From Bacteroidales bacterium (lineage in GTDB: Bacteria > Bacteroidota > Bacteroidia > Bacteroidales > VadinHA17), in the NCBI GenBank assembly GCA_038248855.1, contig JBBRXA010000005.1, forward strand, positions 22,930 to 86,929: a stretch of 64,000 nucleotides of DNA. The letters are read 5' to 3'. The number at the start of each line of letters is the position of its first letter. Positions within the stretch are counted from its first letter, which is position 1. Made by a program: the position numbers and the translations under genes. Below are positions 46,989 through 56,553 of this stretch, piece after piece. The notes beneath the pieces were generated by a model. It searched no databases. It saw nothing but the letters and a program-made list of their open reading frames with translations, and was not told the DNA's origin.

Positions 46989-47843
46989 TTACTGATGCAG
47001 GGTGCCGGTGTTGATGATGGGATTGGGATCCTTATCACCGCACAGCACCACCATGAGATTACTTACCATTGCGGCCTTCTTCTCTTCGTCAAGGTCAATG
47101 ATCCCTTTTGCCGAGAGTTGTTCCAGGGCCATTTCAACCATTGATACAGCGCCTTCTACAATCTTGAATCGGGCGGCCACAACAGCCGTTGCCTGCTGAC
47201 GGCGAAGCATGGCGCCTGCAATTTCCTCAGAGTAGGCTATGTAGTTGATCCTTGCCTCAATGACATTGATACCGGCAATCACCAGCCTCTCACGGATCTC
47301 CTTCTCAAGCTCGTCGTTGACCTCTTCACCCCCGCCCCGGAGAGTAATCTCCGCTTCGTGACCCTCCCAGTTGTCGTAGGGATACAGGCCTGCCAGCTTC
47401 CGTAAGGCTGCGTCACTCTGGACAAGCACGAAATGCTCGTAGTTGTCTACATCAAAAGCTGCCTTGAACGTATTTTCAACCTTCCAGACGAGCACAAAAC
47501 CGATCTTAATCGGATTACCGTTTTTGTCGTTAACCTTGATCGGCTCGCTGTCAAAGTTGCGTGCCCGTAGAGAAATCTTCTTCCTGACATAAAAAGGTAC
47601 CGTCCAGAAAAAGCCGTTGTTCTTTACAGTACCCCTGTAGGCTCCGAAAAGGACCATAACGCACGATTCATTCGGATCGACCACAAGGAGACCCGGAAGA
47701 ATCAGTAAAGTCAATACAATCAGAACTGCTCCGAGCCAGAAGACTTCATTGATAAATGAAAAGACCATGGCTGTGATCACAGCCAACCCCAGGATCAGGA
47801 AAAAATATCCTGAAAAGGGTTTGAAATTTTTTTCCGCTTTCAT
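46989..47843 (-). CDS. SPFH/band-7 domain membrane protein
   Basis: Two N-terminal TM segments, an SPFH-like core and a coiled C-terminal part (EEIAGAMLRRQQATAVVAAR). Confidence 0.8.
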   Translation of the reverse strand: MKAEKNFKPFSGYFFLILGLAVITAMVFSFINEVFWLGAVLIVLTLLILPGLLVVDPNESCVMVLFGAYRGTVKNNGFFWTVPFYVRKKISLRARNFDSEPIKVNDKNGNPIKIGFVLVWKVENTFKAAFDVDNYEHFVLVQSDAALRKLAGLYPYDNWEGHEAEITLRGGGEEVNDELEKEIRERLVIAGINVIEARINYIAYSEEIAGAMLRRQQATAVVAARFKIVEGAVSMVEMALEQLSAKGIIDLDEEKKAAMVSNLMVVLCGDKDPNPIINTGTLHQ

Positions 47844-47868
47844 ATTGTTTGATATTATTTTGATATCA

Positions 47869-47876
47869 CAAAGATA
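47869..47876 (-). promoter_or_regulatory. Candidate -7 promoter box (TATCTTTG on the minus strand) for the SPFH operon
   Basis: The plus strand reads caaagata. This is an exact TAnnTTTG match 26 bp upstream of the ATG at 47843. Confidence 0.35.
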
Positions 47877-47918
47877 TTATATTGAAATATAAAAGTCAAG
47901 TAAATCAGGAAAAAAATT

Positions 47919-47926
47919 TACTTTTG
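47919..47926 (+). promoter_or_regulatory. Candidate -7 promoter box TACTTTTG, only 4 nt before the ATG (possible leaderless mRNA)
   Basis: Exact TAnnTTTG match ending 4 nt upstream of the ATG at 47931. Confidence 0.25.
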
Positions 47927-47930
47927 GGTC

Positions 47931-48728
47931 ATGCATGACAGACATACTGACAGGGAAAAGTACTTCAGGGAACAGGCTCAGACCACCCGAAAGCATGTTA
48001 TTCCACTTATAGAAACCGTAAAAAAAGTTGATGAGAATCTTTCCGTGCTTGAAATAGGCTGCGGTGAAGGGGGCAACCTTCTGCCCTTCCTGGATGCAGG
48101 CTGCCGTCGTATCACGGGAATTGACCTTTCGGCAGGGAAAATTGAAAACGCGCGCAAGCTTTATTCCTCTGTCAGCGACGGGGGTAAAATTGAATTTATT
48201 GCTGCTGATATTTATGATTCAGGATCTGCCGGGAGATATGACCTTGTGATGATGCGTGACGTGCTTGAACACATTCACGGTCAGGAAAAATTCATCGGGT
48301 TTGTCAGGACCTTCCTGGAGCCGGACGGAATACTCTTCATAGCATTTCCTCCATGGAACAATCCTTTTGGCGGCCATCAGCAGATGTGCACAAGCCGTGT
48401 ACTTTCAAAGATGCCCTGGATTCACCTTTTGCCAGAAGGAGTATACAGCCGGCTTTTGAGGATGTCAGGTGAGAGCGAAGCAAAGACCGAAGCGCTCCTT
48501 GAGATAAAGGAGACAGGCATTAACCTGGGCAGATTCGAAAGGGCTATAAAAAAAGAGGGATTTCTCGTCCTGAAAAAATCCCTCTGGTTTATCAACCCCA
48601 ATTTTGAAGTCAAGTTCGGCCTTCGTCCGCGTCACCTGCCCCGTTTTCTCGCTGTGATTCCCGGTTTAAGAAATTTTCTCGCAACCACCGGGTATTATAT
48701 TATTTCAGTGCAGCATCAAGGGCATTAA
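47931..48728 (+). CDS. Class I SAM-dependent methyltransferase
   Basis: Motif I VLEIGCGEGGN and post-I/II motifs (GIDLS, DLVMMRDVLEHI). Confidence 0.8.
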   Translation: MHDRHTDREKYFREQAQTTRKHVIPLIETVKKVDENLSVLEIGCGEGGNLLPFLDAGCRRITGIDLSAGKIENARKLYSSVSDGGKIEFIAADIYDSGSAGRYDLVMMRDVLEHIHGQEKFIGFVRTFLEPDGILFIAFPPWNNPFGGHQQMCTSRVLSKMPWIHLLPEGVYSRLLRMSGESEAKTEALLEIKETGINLGRFERAIKKEGFLVLKKSLWFINPNFEVKFGLRPRHLPRFLAVIPGLRNFLATTGYYIISVQHQGH

Positions 48729-50736
48729 TGATCGGCTGTGCCGAAAGCTTCTCTCCCACTGCCCTGTTCATCCAGTGCTGAGGTGTCAGGCGTCCCTGGC
48801 TGTAAATCCGGTCAATCTCACCGGAAAAATTCTTGCCCTTCAGGTACTCATCGATCTGGAACTGTATAATCTGACCGTAGGCATAGTTGGGAAGGTAAAG
48901 AGGAACCTCGATCATATGCGAATAGATTGCAAGCAACGGCGAGTCATTTACTCCAAGTACAGGGGCAAAGTATTTGTTCCACACCTCCCTGGCGCTGACA
49001 ATAGTCTGTTCCTTTAACTGAGCCGGGGTTGCATCAGGATTTTCATAGAGCCATTTCCAGTTCTTCATCTCAACCATTCCCACACCCATTATCTCCATCA
49101 GTGACCACGCTGCATCCAGGGTCTGCAGTCTTTCCTTTTCAGGATTTTCCTGCTGCATTCCAAGGAGCATGAGGTCACGGTCCTGAAAGAGAAATGCCGT
49201 CGCCTCTGTGAACCCGGTATTGGGGACTCCGGCCAGCATGTAATAGTCCACATCGTAAAGTGAGATTGTCTGTTCAACATTGTGACCGAACTCGTGTACG
49301 GCAATGTTATATCCCTTGTAATCCATTCCTTTGTCAGAAATCCGCGTTCTGAGATGTGACACCGCGCCTTTCATACCGGCTCCCCAGGCATGGCCTGAAC
49401 CGCGGGCAGGGTCAACGACTATCTTTTCAGAAATATATTTTGCTCTATCCGGTGACCAGCCAAGCTTTTTAAGCATGTCAGGCATCCCTGCGTTGAATGC
49501 AGCCGGATCAGGATATAGAGCCGTTGTTTTGGAAGTAAGAAGGGACTCGGGAATGGTGCTTCGCGATTTGAAGCCGTCATACCAAATATCATACGGTCTC
49601 AGATCGCGCCCCAGCCTCTCCCTGATCAGTACGGCAAGCACTGGAAGCTGCGGTGAACTGAGGTAAGAGTCAAAAAGCTGCTCAACCTCCTCCTGTGCGA
49701 TCTCCATCTCACCTGAGAATTTGCGCAGAATGGCAGTGTTCATTTCCGGATTGTATGCATCAAGTGCCTTCACAGCCTTAAAAATGTTCACCACATGTGC
49801 GTACCGCGAATCAGGCTCGGCAGCAGCTTCAACCTCCGCTCCGTCTTTTGTAACCTTATTTGAATACGGTGCCCAGTCATAATCAGGGCTGTTGACCACA
49901 ACACCGGGAATTTCCTGGGTGATGATTCGCTCTATCACCCTGTAGATCATCTCCTGCTTTTCAGGTCCGCTTTCCTTATCGGCATAGTTCGCCTTAATCT
50001 CGTCGCGCAGGTTCCAGTGCGAAAGAAGGACCATATCATCGGCAAAAAGCTTGCGTCCGTCATCGGTCCTGAGGTGTCCCATATGTATATTATATTCTGC
50101 AATATACATCTCAGCGTTTCCTGTGGCCACAGTCACTGCCTGGTTCAGTTCTGCCGGAACACGTGATACGAACTGATCACCGAGGCGGGCCATTGCCCAT
50201 TCTTCACGGCTCCATTTCATGCCAAGACTCTCTTTCTCTGCCAATGTGAAATATGGGAAATTCAAGGCTATGACAAACGCGATTTTATTGGCATAAAAGT
50301 CCGACTGCATATGCGATCCTACAGAGTAGTTGCCAAACATCCGGTCGATTTCATCAATCTCTCCTACTGACTCGTCAAGCACTTTCCTCAGGTCCAGGGT
50401 CACTTCGTTCATGTTGCCGCTCAGCGATTCAAAATAATTGCTGATTTTCAGGAATATAGTCCTGCGTTTCGCAGGATCGGATATGTAATTGCCTGCAATG
50501 AACGCCTGGAATTCTTCGGCGGTGCCGTCTTCAGGCCTCCAGAGTGAGGCGGCATGACTTACTCCCTTCTCCAGAAGCAGGAGGTCACTTGCAGGTTGTG
50601 CGGCACTCACACCGTCAATTGCTGTTTTTACTGCGGTTTCATCAATGAAGCCCGCAGCCGGGGCTGCCTCTTGTTTAACGGAAGGCGATGAACATGCAGT
50701 CATGGCGGCAATCATCAGGATTAATATCTTTTTCAT
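48700..50736 (-). CDS. Gluzincin metallopeptidase lipoprotein (ACE/M2- or M3-like; family tentative)
   Basis: I prefer the start MKKILILMIAAMTACSS at 50736. HEFGH plus a downstream TEATAF glutamate. The C-terminal segment LYLPNYAYGQIIQFQIDEYL resembles the ACE-type C-terminal pattern. Confidence 0.7.
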   Translation of the reverse strand: MKKILILMIAAMTACSSPSVKQEAAPAAGFIDETAVKTAIDGVSAAQPASDLLLLEKGVSHAASLWRPEDGTAEEFQAFIAGNYISDPAKRRTIFLKISNYFESLSGNMNEVTLDLRKVLDESVGEIDEIDRMFGNYSVGSHMQSDFYANKIAFVIALNFPYFTLAEKESLGMKWSREEWAMARLGDQFVSRVPAELNQAVTVATGNAEMYIAEYNIHMGHLRTDDGRKLFADDMVLLSHWNLRDEIKANYADKESGPEKQEMIYRVIERIITQEIPGVVVNSPDYDWAPYSNKVTKDGAEVEAAAEPDSRYAHVVNIFKAVKALDAYNPEMNTAILRKFSGEMEIAQEEVEQLFDSYLSSPQLPVLAVLIRERLGRDLRPYDIWYDGFKSRSTIPESLLTSKTTALYPDPAAFNAGMPDMLKKLGWSPDRAKYISEKIVVDPARGSGHAWGAGMKGAVSHLRTRISDKGMDYKGYNIAVHEFGHNVEQTISLYDVDYYMLAGVPNTGFTEATAFLFQDRDLMLLGMQQENPEKERLQTLDAAWSLMEIMGVGMVEMKNWKWLYENPDATPAQLKEQTIVSAREVWNKYFAPVLGVNDSPLLAIYSHMIEVPLYLPNYAYGQIIQFQIDEYLKGKNFSGEIDRIYSQGRLTPQHWMNRAVGEKLSAQPIINALDAALK

Positions 50737-50761
50737 TTGTAACTGGATTATTTTTTCCGGT

Positions 50762-52426
50762 TTACTGAACAAACTGCATGGCGTAGTATTTTGCCGTCAG
50801 TTTTTCACCGGTAGCTTTTTCAATCATTTCATTCCACTGATACCTGGCCCCGGGCATGAATACGTTGGTTTTGAAATATTCACCCACGGCTTTCATATCT
50901 CCGCCGGCATCCCCGGTAAGGACTTTTGTTGTAATGTGGTTGTTAAACTGTGATGCGAGCATTTCTCCAAGGAGGTAGTTATGATAATAGCAGGGATATA
51001 ATGCAACGTGAATTTTTGTGGCCCAGTCCGGCATGTCGCGTCCCTCGGGTTTCTTCATCATCTGGTATTTTTCTACAGTATCCCACCAGAGCTGGTTGAG
51101 ATCCTGGTCCGGATTCTCATACATCGATTTTTCAAAACGGTACATCACCTGTGCCCAGCGACTGAATACAAGCTGCTGGAGCCTCAGCGCCCTGAAGCTG
51201 TCATCCTTGATCTTAGTCATTTCAGCCTCGTCAATAATGCCCATCGATTTCATCCAGGCCGGGTCGGTGGCGAGCCTGCCGAAATAGTTAGCAATTGCCT
51301 CAGTGGTAAAAGTATGAGCCGCGTCCCTGAGGGTGAACTGGAGTGACCTGTCGTTGTAATAAGAATAGACACCGTGACCCAGTTCGTGAAGAATTGTGTT
51401 CATCCAGTAAGAATCAGGTCTTAAATTGTCAAGCGTGCGTACGTCGCCCGTGCGGTCAATATCGGTGCAGAAGGCGTGCTGATTCTTTCCGGGTTTCTCA
51501 TACAAGTCGCTTTTTGCAAGGATTGTACCGACAGGCAGCCCGATACCTTCATAATAAGCTGTCACAAGCTTCACAGGGTCCTGATTCTCATAATATTTAT
51601 CGAAGTCGACAGTGTAAATCTCCGGAGCTTCCTGAAAATACCTGTTCTGGTAATGCCAGGGTTTCAGATCTGAAGCAGGTATCCCGTAACGCTGAGAGAA
51701 ATATGTGTCAATGTCTCCTTTTAAACTTACAAAATTGTCCCTGGTCAGGCTGTCAAGCTCATCGAATATCTTTGTGACTTCTTCAGGATCCTGTCCCGAG
51801 AGCTCGAGGCTCATCTGATGGTAGTTGCTGAAGCCGAGTTTCTGAGCGATTGTATTGCGGTGTTTCACCAGTTTAAGGACATCCACTGCCACAACCGGTC
51901 CTATCAGTTTGTGTCCCTCCCAGGCGGACTGCAGTTCAGTGCTGTTTTTAGAGTTCCGAAGCACATCCTCCACCTCGTTGTCACTGAGCAGTCTCCCGTC
52001 TACCGAAGCCCTGAAATTCGAATATTTTTTACTGATTTCAGTCTCCATCCGGACCTGTTCCGAAATAAGGCTTGTATCAATCTGACCCTGCAGATACATG
52101 TTATAGAGTAAATCAAGTTGCCGGGCAAGGAGCGGTTCCGTGACAAGACCCGAAGCCTTCAGTTCCTTCAGTTCGGCAAATGCCTCACCGTCTGCAAAAA
52201 AGCTGACATAAGCCACTGAGGCTTTCTCACTGCGCGCCCAGGCTTCATCGGTGCCGTTGACATTGGCTTCCCATGATGCTAGCGCAGATTCCTTGTACAG
52301 AGGTATGACTTTTGCCTCATAACCGGAGATAAACTCTTTCATCCTGTTTTCCATTTTTTCCTGCTTTGGGGTGCATGACCACAGTATGGTCACTGAAGCG
52401 ACAAATAACAATGCTATCCTGTTCAT
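50762..52426 (-). CDS. M2 (angiotensin-converting-enzyme-like) metallopeptidase lipoprotein
   Basis: Lipoprotein signal ...ILWSC. HELGH plus TEAIANYF. LWWDTVEKYQ...DWATKIHVALYPCYYHNYLLGEMLASQF parallels the ACE pattern WW..KYQG....K.H....PY.RYF....QF. Confidence 0.75.
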   Translation of the reverse strand: MNRIALLFVASVTILWSCTPKQEKMENRMKEFISGYEAKVIPLYKESALASWEANVNGTDEAWARSEKASVAYVSFFADGEAFAELKELKASGLVTEPLLARQLDLLYNMYLQGQIDTSLISEQVRMETEISKKYSNFRASVDGRLLSDNEVEDVLRNSKNSTELQSAWEGHKLIGPVVAVDVLKLVKHRNTIAQKLGFSNYHQMSLELSGQDPEEVTKIFDELDSLTRDNFVSLKGDIDTYFSQRYGIPASDLKPWHYQNRYFQEAPEIYTVDFDKYYENQDPVKLVTAYYEGIGLPVGTILAKSDLYEKPGKNQHAFCTDIDRTGDVRTLDNLRPDSYWMNTILHELGHGVYSYYNDRSLQFTLRDAAHTFTTEAIANYFGRLATDPAWMKSMGIIDEAEMTKIKDDSFRALRLQQLVFSRWAQVMYRFEKSMYENPDQDLNQLWWDTVEKYQMMKKPEGRDMPDWATKIHVALYPCYYHNYLLGEMLASQFNNHITTKVLTGDAGGDMKAVGEYFKTNVFMPGARYQWNEMIEKATGEKLTAKYYAMQFVQ

Positions 52427-52470
52427 CGTTTAGTATTTGGGTTCTGCAATATAAGAAAAAGAGGAGGATT

Positions 52471-52620
52471 GGCGAACGTCAAAAGTCAGATGCTGGATGT
52501 TAAAAGTCAGATTCCGAATGCCAAAAGTCAGATGCTGATTGCCAAAAGTCAGATTCCGAATGCCAAAAGTCAGATGCTGAATGTCAAAAGTCAGAAGACA
52601 AATGGCGAATGTCAAAAGCA
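52471..52620. repeat. Tandem array, 6 units at exactly 21-bp spacing with two alternating variants (42-bp super-period)
   Basis: Units start at 52480, 52501, 52522, 52543, 52564 and 52585. They read caaaagtcagatgctgNatgY alternating with Yaaaagtcagattccgaatgc. The array is flanked by ggcgaaYgtcaaaag at 52471 and 52604. Confidence 0.9.
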
Positions 52621-52720
52621 AAAAGGAGAAAGAAGAAAGGAGAAGAGAAAAAAGGAGAAGAGAAAAAAATAAAACAGAAAGCTGCCACTCCCAATTCTTA
52701 ATTCTTAATTCTGAATTCTT
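52614..52720. repeat. Polypurine tract with a 15-bp duplication, followed by a 7-bp microsatellite
   Basis: 52614-52680 is almost pure A/G on the plus strand, including ggagaagagaaaaaa twice. 52694-52720 reads attctta attctta attctga attctt. Confidence 0.85.
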
Positions 52721-52721
52721 C

Positions 52722-52925
52722 CTATTGCACTTTGGCGTCGTGGCTGATCCTTTCAAACAGTCCGGCCAGCACTTCGTCCGATGGGTCGTCAGCAATGTCC
52801 TCCCTCAAAGGGAGTATTGCACCCAACTGAATATCAATGCTCCAGGCATCACTGAAAAGATCGGTGGAATAAGCCCTGAGATCGTTAAATGTAAGTAACG
52901 GAGTAAAAGTTTCTTTCATAGGCAT
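52722..52925 (-). CDS. Small acidic hypothetical protein downstream of the sigma-factor gene
   Basis: 67-aa ORF on the same strand as the sigma gene, 48 bp downstream of it. No recognisable motif. Its coding status is uncertain. Confidence 0.35.
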   Translation of the reverse strand: MPMKETFTPLLTFNDLRAYSTDLFSDAWSIDIQLGAILPLREDIADDPSDEVLAGLFERISHDAKVQ

Positions 52926-52973
52926 TTTTTTGTTCTCACTAGAGAAAAACGCCTTTGAAAATCAAATATTGTC

Positions 52974-53561
52974 TCAGTTTACTGAGAGCGTGATGTTTTT
53001 TGCTGACATCGTTTTCCTCATGTTAATGAGTGCATATCTCATACGGCCAAGTGCCGTATTGATGCTCACCCCGGTCATATCGGCAATCTCCTTGAAACTC
53101 ATACCGGCATAATGACGCATGATCACAACCTCCCTCTGGTCTACAGGCAACTCGCCGATAAGACTCCTGACATCACGCAGGACCTGGCGGCGAACCATCA
53201 CATCCTCTACGTTGTCGTCAGCAAGTCTTTTGGAATTATAGAGATCCGACTCATAGTCGTCACTCAGCACCAGTCCCAGCTGTTTTTCACGACGGAAATG
53301 GTCAATGATGAGGTTATGTGCAATGCGCATTACCCATGACAGGAACCGCCCGTCATCCTGGTAACGGCCTGCACGGATTGATTGGACAACCTTCATAAAA
53401 GTATCCTGAAAGATGTCATCTGCCAGATCCCTGCTCCGGATGTAAAGACTGATATACGAATAAACTTTGCTCTTATGACGGAGTATCAGGAGCTCAATGC
53501 TCCTATTGTCACCGTTTATGTAACTGTTTATCAGTTCATAATCGGTTTTTGTGCTCTTCAT
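52974..53561 (-). CDS. RNA polymerase sigma-70 family factor, ECF-type
   Basis: Region 2 (DIFQDTFMKVV...FLSWVMRIAHNLIIDHFRR) and region 4 HTH (REVVIMRHYAGMSFKEIADMTGVSINTALGRMRYA). Confidence 0.85.
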   Translation of the reverse strand: MKSTKTDYELINSYINGDNRSIELLILRHKSKVYSYISLYIRSRDLADDIFQDTFMKVVQSIRAGRYQDDGRFLSWVMRIAHNLIIDHFRREKQLGLVLSDDYESDLYNSKRLADDNVEDVMVRRQVLRDVRSLIGELPVDQREVVIMRHYAGMSFKEIADMTGVSINTALGRMRYALINMRKTMSAKNITLSVN

Positions 53562-53664
53562 AGCTCTCTCTTGTTGGTTAAGAGTAGAAATCTGCTATAG
53601 GCTTTCCTCCTTCATTTATTGTTCAGACTGTAAAGAAAAGAAAAATTCTTAAATCCAAAAATAG

Positions 53665-53672
53665 TAATTTTG
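53665..53672 (+). promoter_or_regulatory. Candidate -7 promoter box TAATTTTG for uvrA
   Basis: Exact TAnnTTTG match 24 bp upstream of the ATG at 53697. Confidence 0.35.
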
Positions 53673-53696
53673 GCTTTTTAATTTTAAGTTGAGCAA

Positions 53697-56468
53697 ATGA
53701 AGGGGAATATTGAGATAAAAGGGGCGCGTGTCAATAATCTGAAAAACATCTCGCTAAACATTCCCCGGAATAAGCTTGTTGTCATTACCGGAGTTTCAGG
53801 TTCCGGGAAGTCATCACTTGCGTTTGACACATTGTATGCCGAAGGGCAGCGCAGATACGTCGAAAGCCTTTCCTCATACGCCAGGCAGTTCCTTGGCCGG
53901 ATGAACAAACCGGAGGTCGATTTTATTAACGGCATTCCTCCAGCCATTGCCATTGAGCAGAGAGTGAATGCACGAAATCCGAGATCCACGGTAGGCACTT
54001 CAACCGAGATATATGATTATCTGAGGCTGCTCTGGTCAAGGGTAGGCCATACAATCTCACCGGTATCGGGGCGGGAAGTCAGGAAACACTCGGTTGACGA
54101 TGTGGTAAACTATATCGCGGGCCTCACCGGCGGAACCAGGGTGGTCATCACTGCCCCGCTAACAGTCCCTGAAAATATTGACACCGGCGAGTACATTAAA
54201 TTTCTTGTCAAGCAGGGTTACAACCGGATCAGTACTGAAAAAGGTCTCCTGAAGCTCGATGATCCAGGTTCTGCAGAGGTGATCAGAGGCGCACAGACAA
54301 TTGATATTATTATCGACAGGCTTTCTTCCTCCGGTAGTCCCGAAGAGTTAAGCCGTACCGCTGACTCAGTACAGACAGCCTTCCTTACCGGCAAAGGGCA
54401 CATTACTCTCACCGTCACAGACGAGGAAACGACTCAGACAGTCAGGTTTTCGGATAAATTCGAAGAAGACGGCATCACCTTTGAGGAACCCACTGAGCAC
54501 CTCTTCAGCTTCAACTCCCCGCTTGGCGCGTGCCCAACTTGCGAGGGATACGGCAAGACCATCGGCATTGACGAGAGTCTTGTGATCCCCGATGAAAATA
54601 TCTCTGTTTTTGATGACGCTGTTGCCTGCTGGAGAGGCGAGACGATGAAACAGTGGAAAGAGAGACTGGTTTTCAACGCAGACAAATTCAATTTTCCGAT
54701 ACACAAACCCTGGTTCAAGCTGACACCAGAACAGAAAGCCCTTGTATGGAGCGGTAACAAATACTTTTTCGGACTGAACCAGTTCTTCCAGTATCTCGAA
54801 GAGAAGAAATACAAGATCCAGTACCGTGTCATGCTAAGCCGCTACCGCGGCAAGCGTGCCTGTCCCGAATGCGGAGGCAGCAGGCTGCGCAAAGAGGCCG
54901 GATGGGTGAAAGTCGGAGGCGCATCGGTGCAGGAAATATCATCCATGCCGGTTGACGAGGCTCATGCTTTTTTCTCGGGACTGATACTCAACGGGGAGGA
55001 AAAGGAAATTGCCGGACGCCTGTTGAAGGAGATCCAGCAACGGCTCGGATATCTGCTTGAGGTGGGGCTCTCATATCTCACCCTCGACAGGCTTTCAAAC
55101 ACTCTTTCCGGAGGTGAGTCGCAACGCATAAACCTGGCGACATCGCTGGGCAGCAGCCTTGTCGGATCACTTTACATACTCGACGAACCCAGCATAGGAC
55201 TTCATCCACGTGATACCGGGCTTCTGGTCAATGTTCTTAAGGAGCTGCGTGACCTCGGGAATACCGTCATCGTGGTTGAACATGAAGAGGAGATCATTAA
55301 AACAGCGGATGAAATAATAGACATGGGCCCCGGGGCAGGTACTCACGGAGGGGAAATAGTGTACCAGGGAGGCGTTGACTTTTCCTCGAAAAACAAATCG
55401 CTTACCGCCGCATATATGACCGGTGCCATGCGCATCGAAGAACCCGCCATGAGGCGTAAATGGAACAGTTATATAGAGGTCACCGGCGCAAGGGAAAACA
55501 ATCTCAAGGAGATAAGTGTTAAATTTCCGCTGCATACCATCACTGCTGTCACTGGTGTCAGCGGATCAGGCAAGAGCACCCTGGTCCACGACATACTATA
55601 CAGTACCATTTCAAACAGGCTGATGGGCACAAGCCTCAGGACCGGTCATTTTTCCGATATCCTCGGTGACACTGCCGCGATTACCTCTGTAGAGATGGTT
55701 GACCAGAACCCTATCGGAAGATCAACCAGGTCAAATCCCGTAACATATCTCAAGGCTTTTGACGATATACGAAAACTGTTTGCCGGGCAGCAGGCAGCGG
55801 TGCAGTACGGATTTAAACCTGCTCATTTCTCTTTCAATGTCGAGGGAGGACGCTGCGAAGAGTGCCAGGGAGAGGGTGTCATCAGGGTCGAGATGCAGTT
55901 CATGGCCGATGTGGAACTTACCTGCGAGACCTGCAAGGGTATGCGTTTCAAGCGTGACATCCTGGATGTCAAGTTTCAGGGAAAGAATATCTATGAAATC
56001 CTGGAAATGACAGTTGAAGAGGCAATTGAGTTCTTCGGCAAGTGTCACGACAGGACTTGTAAAAAGATTGCAGATAAGATTAAACCGCTTGCTGACGTGG
56101 GGCTCGGATATGTGAGGCTTGGACAGTCCTCATCAACCCTTTCCGGCGGCGAGAGCCAGAGGGTCAAGCTTGCCTATTATCTGGGGCAGGAAAACAGTGC
56201 TTCAAAGATTCTGTTCATCTTCGACGAGCCAACCACAGGTCTCCACTTTCATGACATCAATAAACTGATGAAGTCACTGAATGCACTTGTAGAACACGGT
56301 CATTCAGTGATACTTATAGAACACAACATAGAGGTCATCAAATGTGCCGACTGGGTTATTGACCTTGGTCCCGAAGGCGGTGACAAAGGAGGTTATGTTG
56401 TATTTGAAGGCACGCCGGAAAAGTTGAAAAAGTGTAAGGAATCATACACTTCAAGATATCTTAAATAA
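53697..56468 (+). CDS. uvrA: Excinuclease ABC subunit A
   Basis: 923 aa with two ABC ATPase modules ([27 protein letters not shown]), LSGGE signatures and zinc-finger CxxC pairs ([22 protein letters not shown]...CETCKG). Confidence 0.95.
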   Translation: MKGNIEIKGARVNNLKNISLNIPRNKLVVITGVSGSGKSSLAFDTLYAEGQRRYVESLSSYARQFLGRMNKPEVDFINGIPPAIAIEQRVNARNPRSTVGTSTEIYDYLRLLWSRVGHTISPVSGREVRKHSVDDVVNYIAGLTGGTRVVITAPLTVPENIDTGEYIKFLVKQGYNRISTEKGLLKLDDPGSAEVIRGAQTIDIIIDRLSSSGSPEELSRTADSVQTAFLTGKGHITLTVTDEETTQTVRFSDKFEEDGITFEEPTEHLFSFNSPLGACPTCEGYGKTIGIDESLVIPDENISVFDDAVACWRGETMKQWKERLVFNADKFNFPIHKPWFKLTPEQKALVWSGNKYFFGLNQFFQYLEEKKYKIQYRVMLSRYRGKRACPECGGSRLRKEAGWVKVGGASVQEISSMPVDEAHAFFSGLILNGEEKEIAGRLLKEIQQRLGYLLEVGLSYLTLDRLSNTLSGGESQRINLATSLGSSLVGSLYILDEPSIGLHPRDTGLLVNVLKELRDLGNTVIVVEHEEEIIKTADEIIDMGPGAGTHGGEIVYQGGVDFSSKNKSLTAAYMTGAMRIEEPAMRRKWNSYIEVTGARENNLKEISVKFPLHTITAVTGVSGSGKSTLVHDILYSTISNRLMGTSLRTGHFSDILGDTAAITSVEMVDQNPIGRSTRSNPVTYLKAFDDIRKLFAGQQAAVQYGFKPAHFSFNVEGGRCEECQGEGVIRVEMQFMADVELTCETCKGMRFKRDILDVKFQGKNIYEILEMTVEEAIEFFGKCHDRTCKKIADKIKPLADVGLGYVRLGQSSSTLSGGESQRVKLAYYLGQENSASKILFIFDEPTTGLHFHDINKLMKSLNALVEHGHSVILIEHNIEVIKCADWVIDLGPEGGDKGGYVVFEGTPEKLKKCKESYTSRYLK

Positions 56469-56505
56469 AGACCACAGGAACCTGACTGTTTTTTGCTGTC
56501 TGATC

Positions 56506-56553
56506 TGTACTTTAAGCCCTGTGCTTTACGCCTTGTACTTTAAGCCCTGTGCT
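56506..56553. repeat. 20-bp direct repeat, two copies 28 bp apart
   Basis: tgtactttaagccctgtgct occurs at 56506-56525 and again at 56534-56553. Confidence 0.85.

Noticed and set aside
52430-52795. 121-aa (minus) and 67-aa (plus, 52469..52672) ORFs with heptad-like repeats (LTFGIRNLTF... / KSQMLNVKSQ...).
   Set aside because: They exist only because the 21-bp (7-codon) tandem array and the polypurine tract happen to lack stops. Both strands are open simultaneously, the composition is low-complexity, and there is no plausible start context.
52722-52925. Interpreting the 67-aa ORF downstream of the ECF sigma gene as its anti-sigma factor.
   Set aside because: It has no HxxxCxxC zinc motif, no TM segment and no recognisable anti-sigma domain. 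It is kept only as a low-confidence hypothetical CDS.
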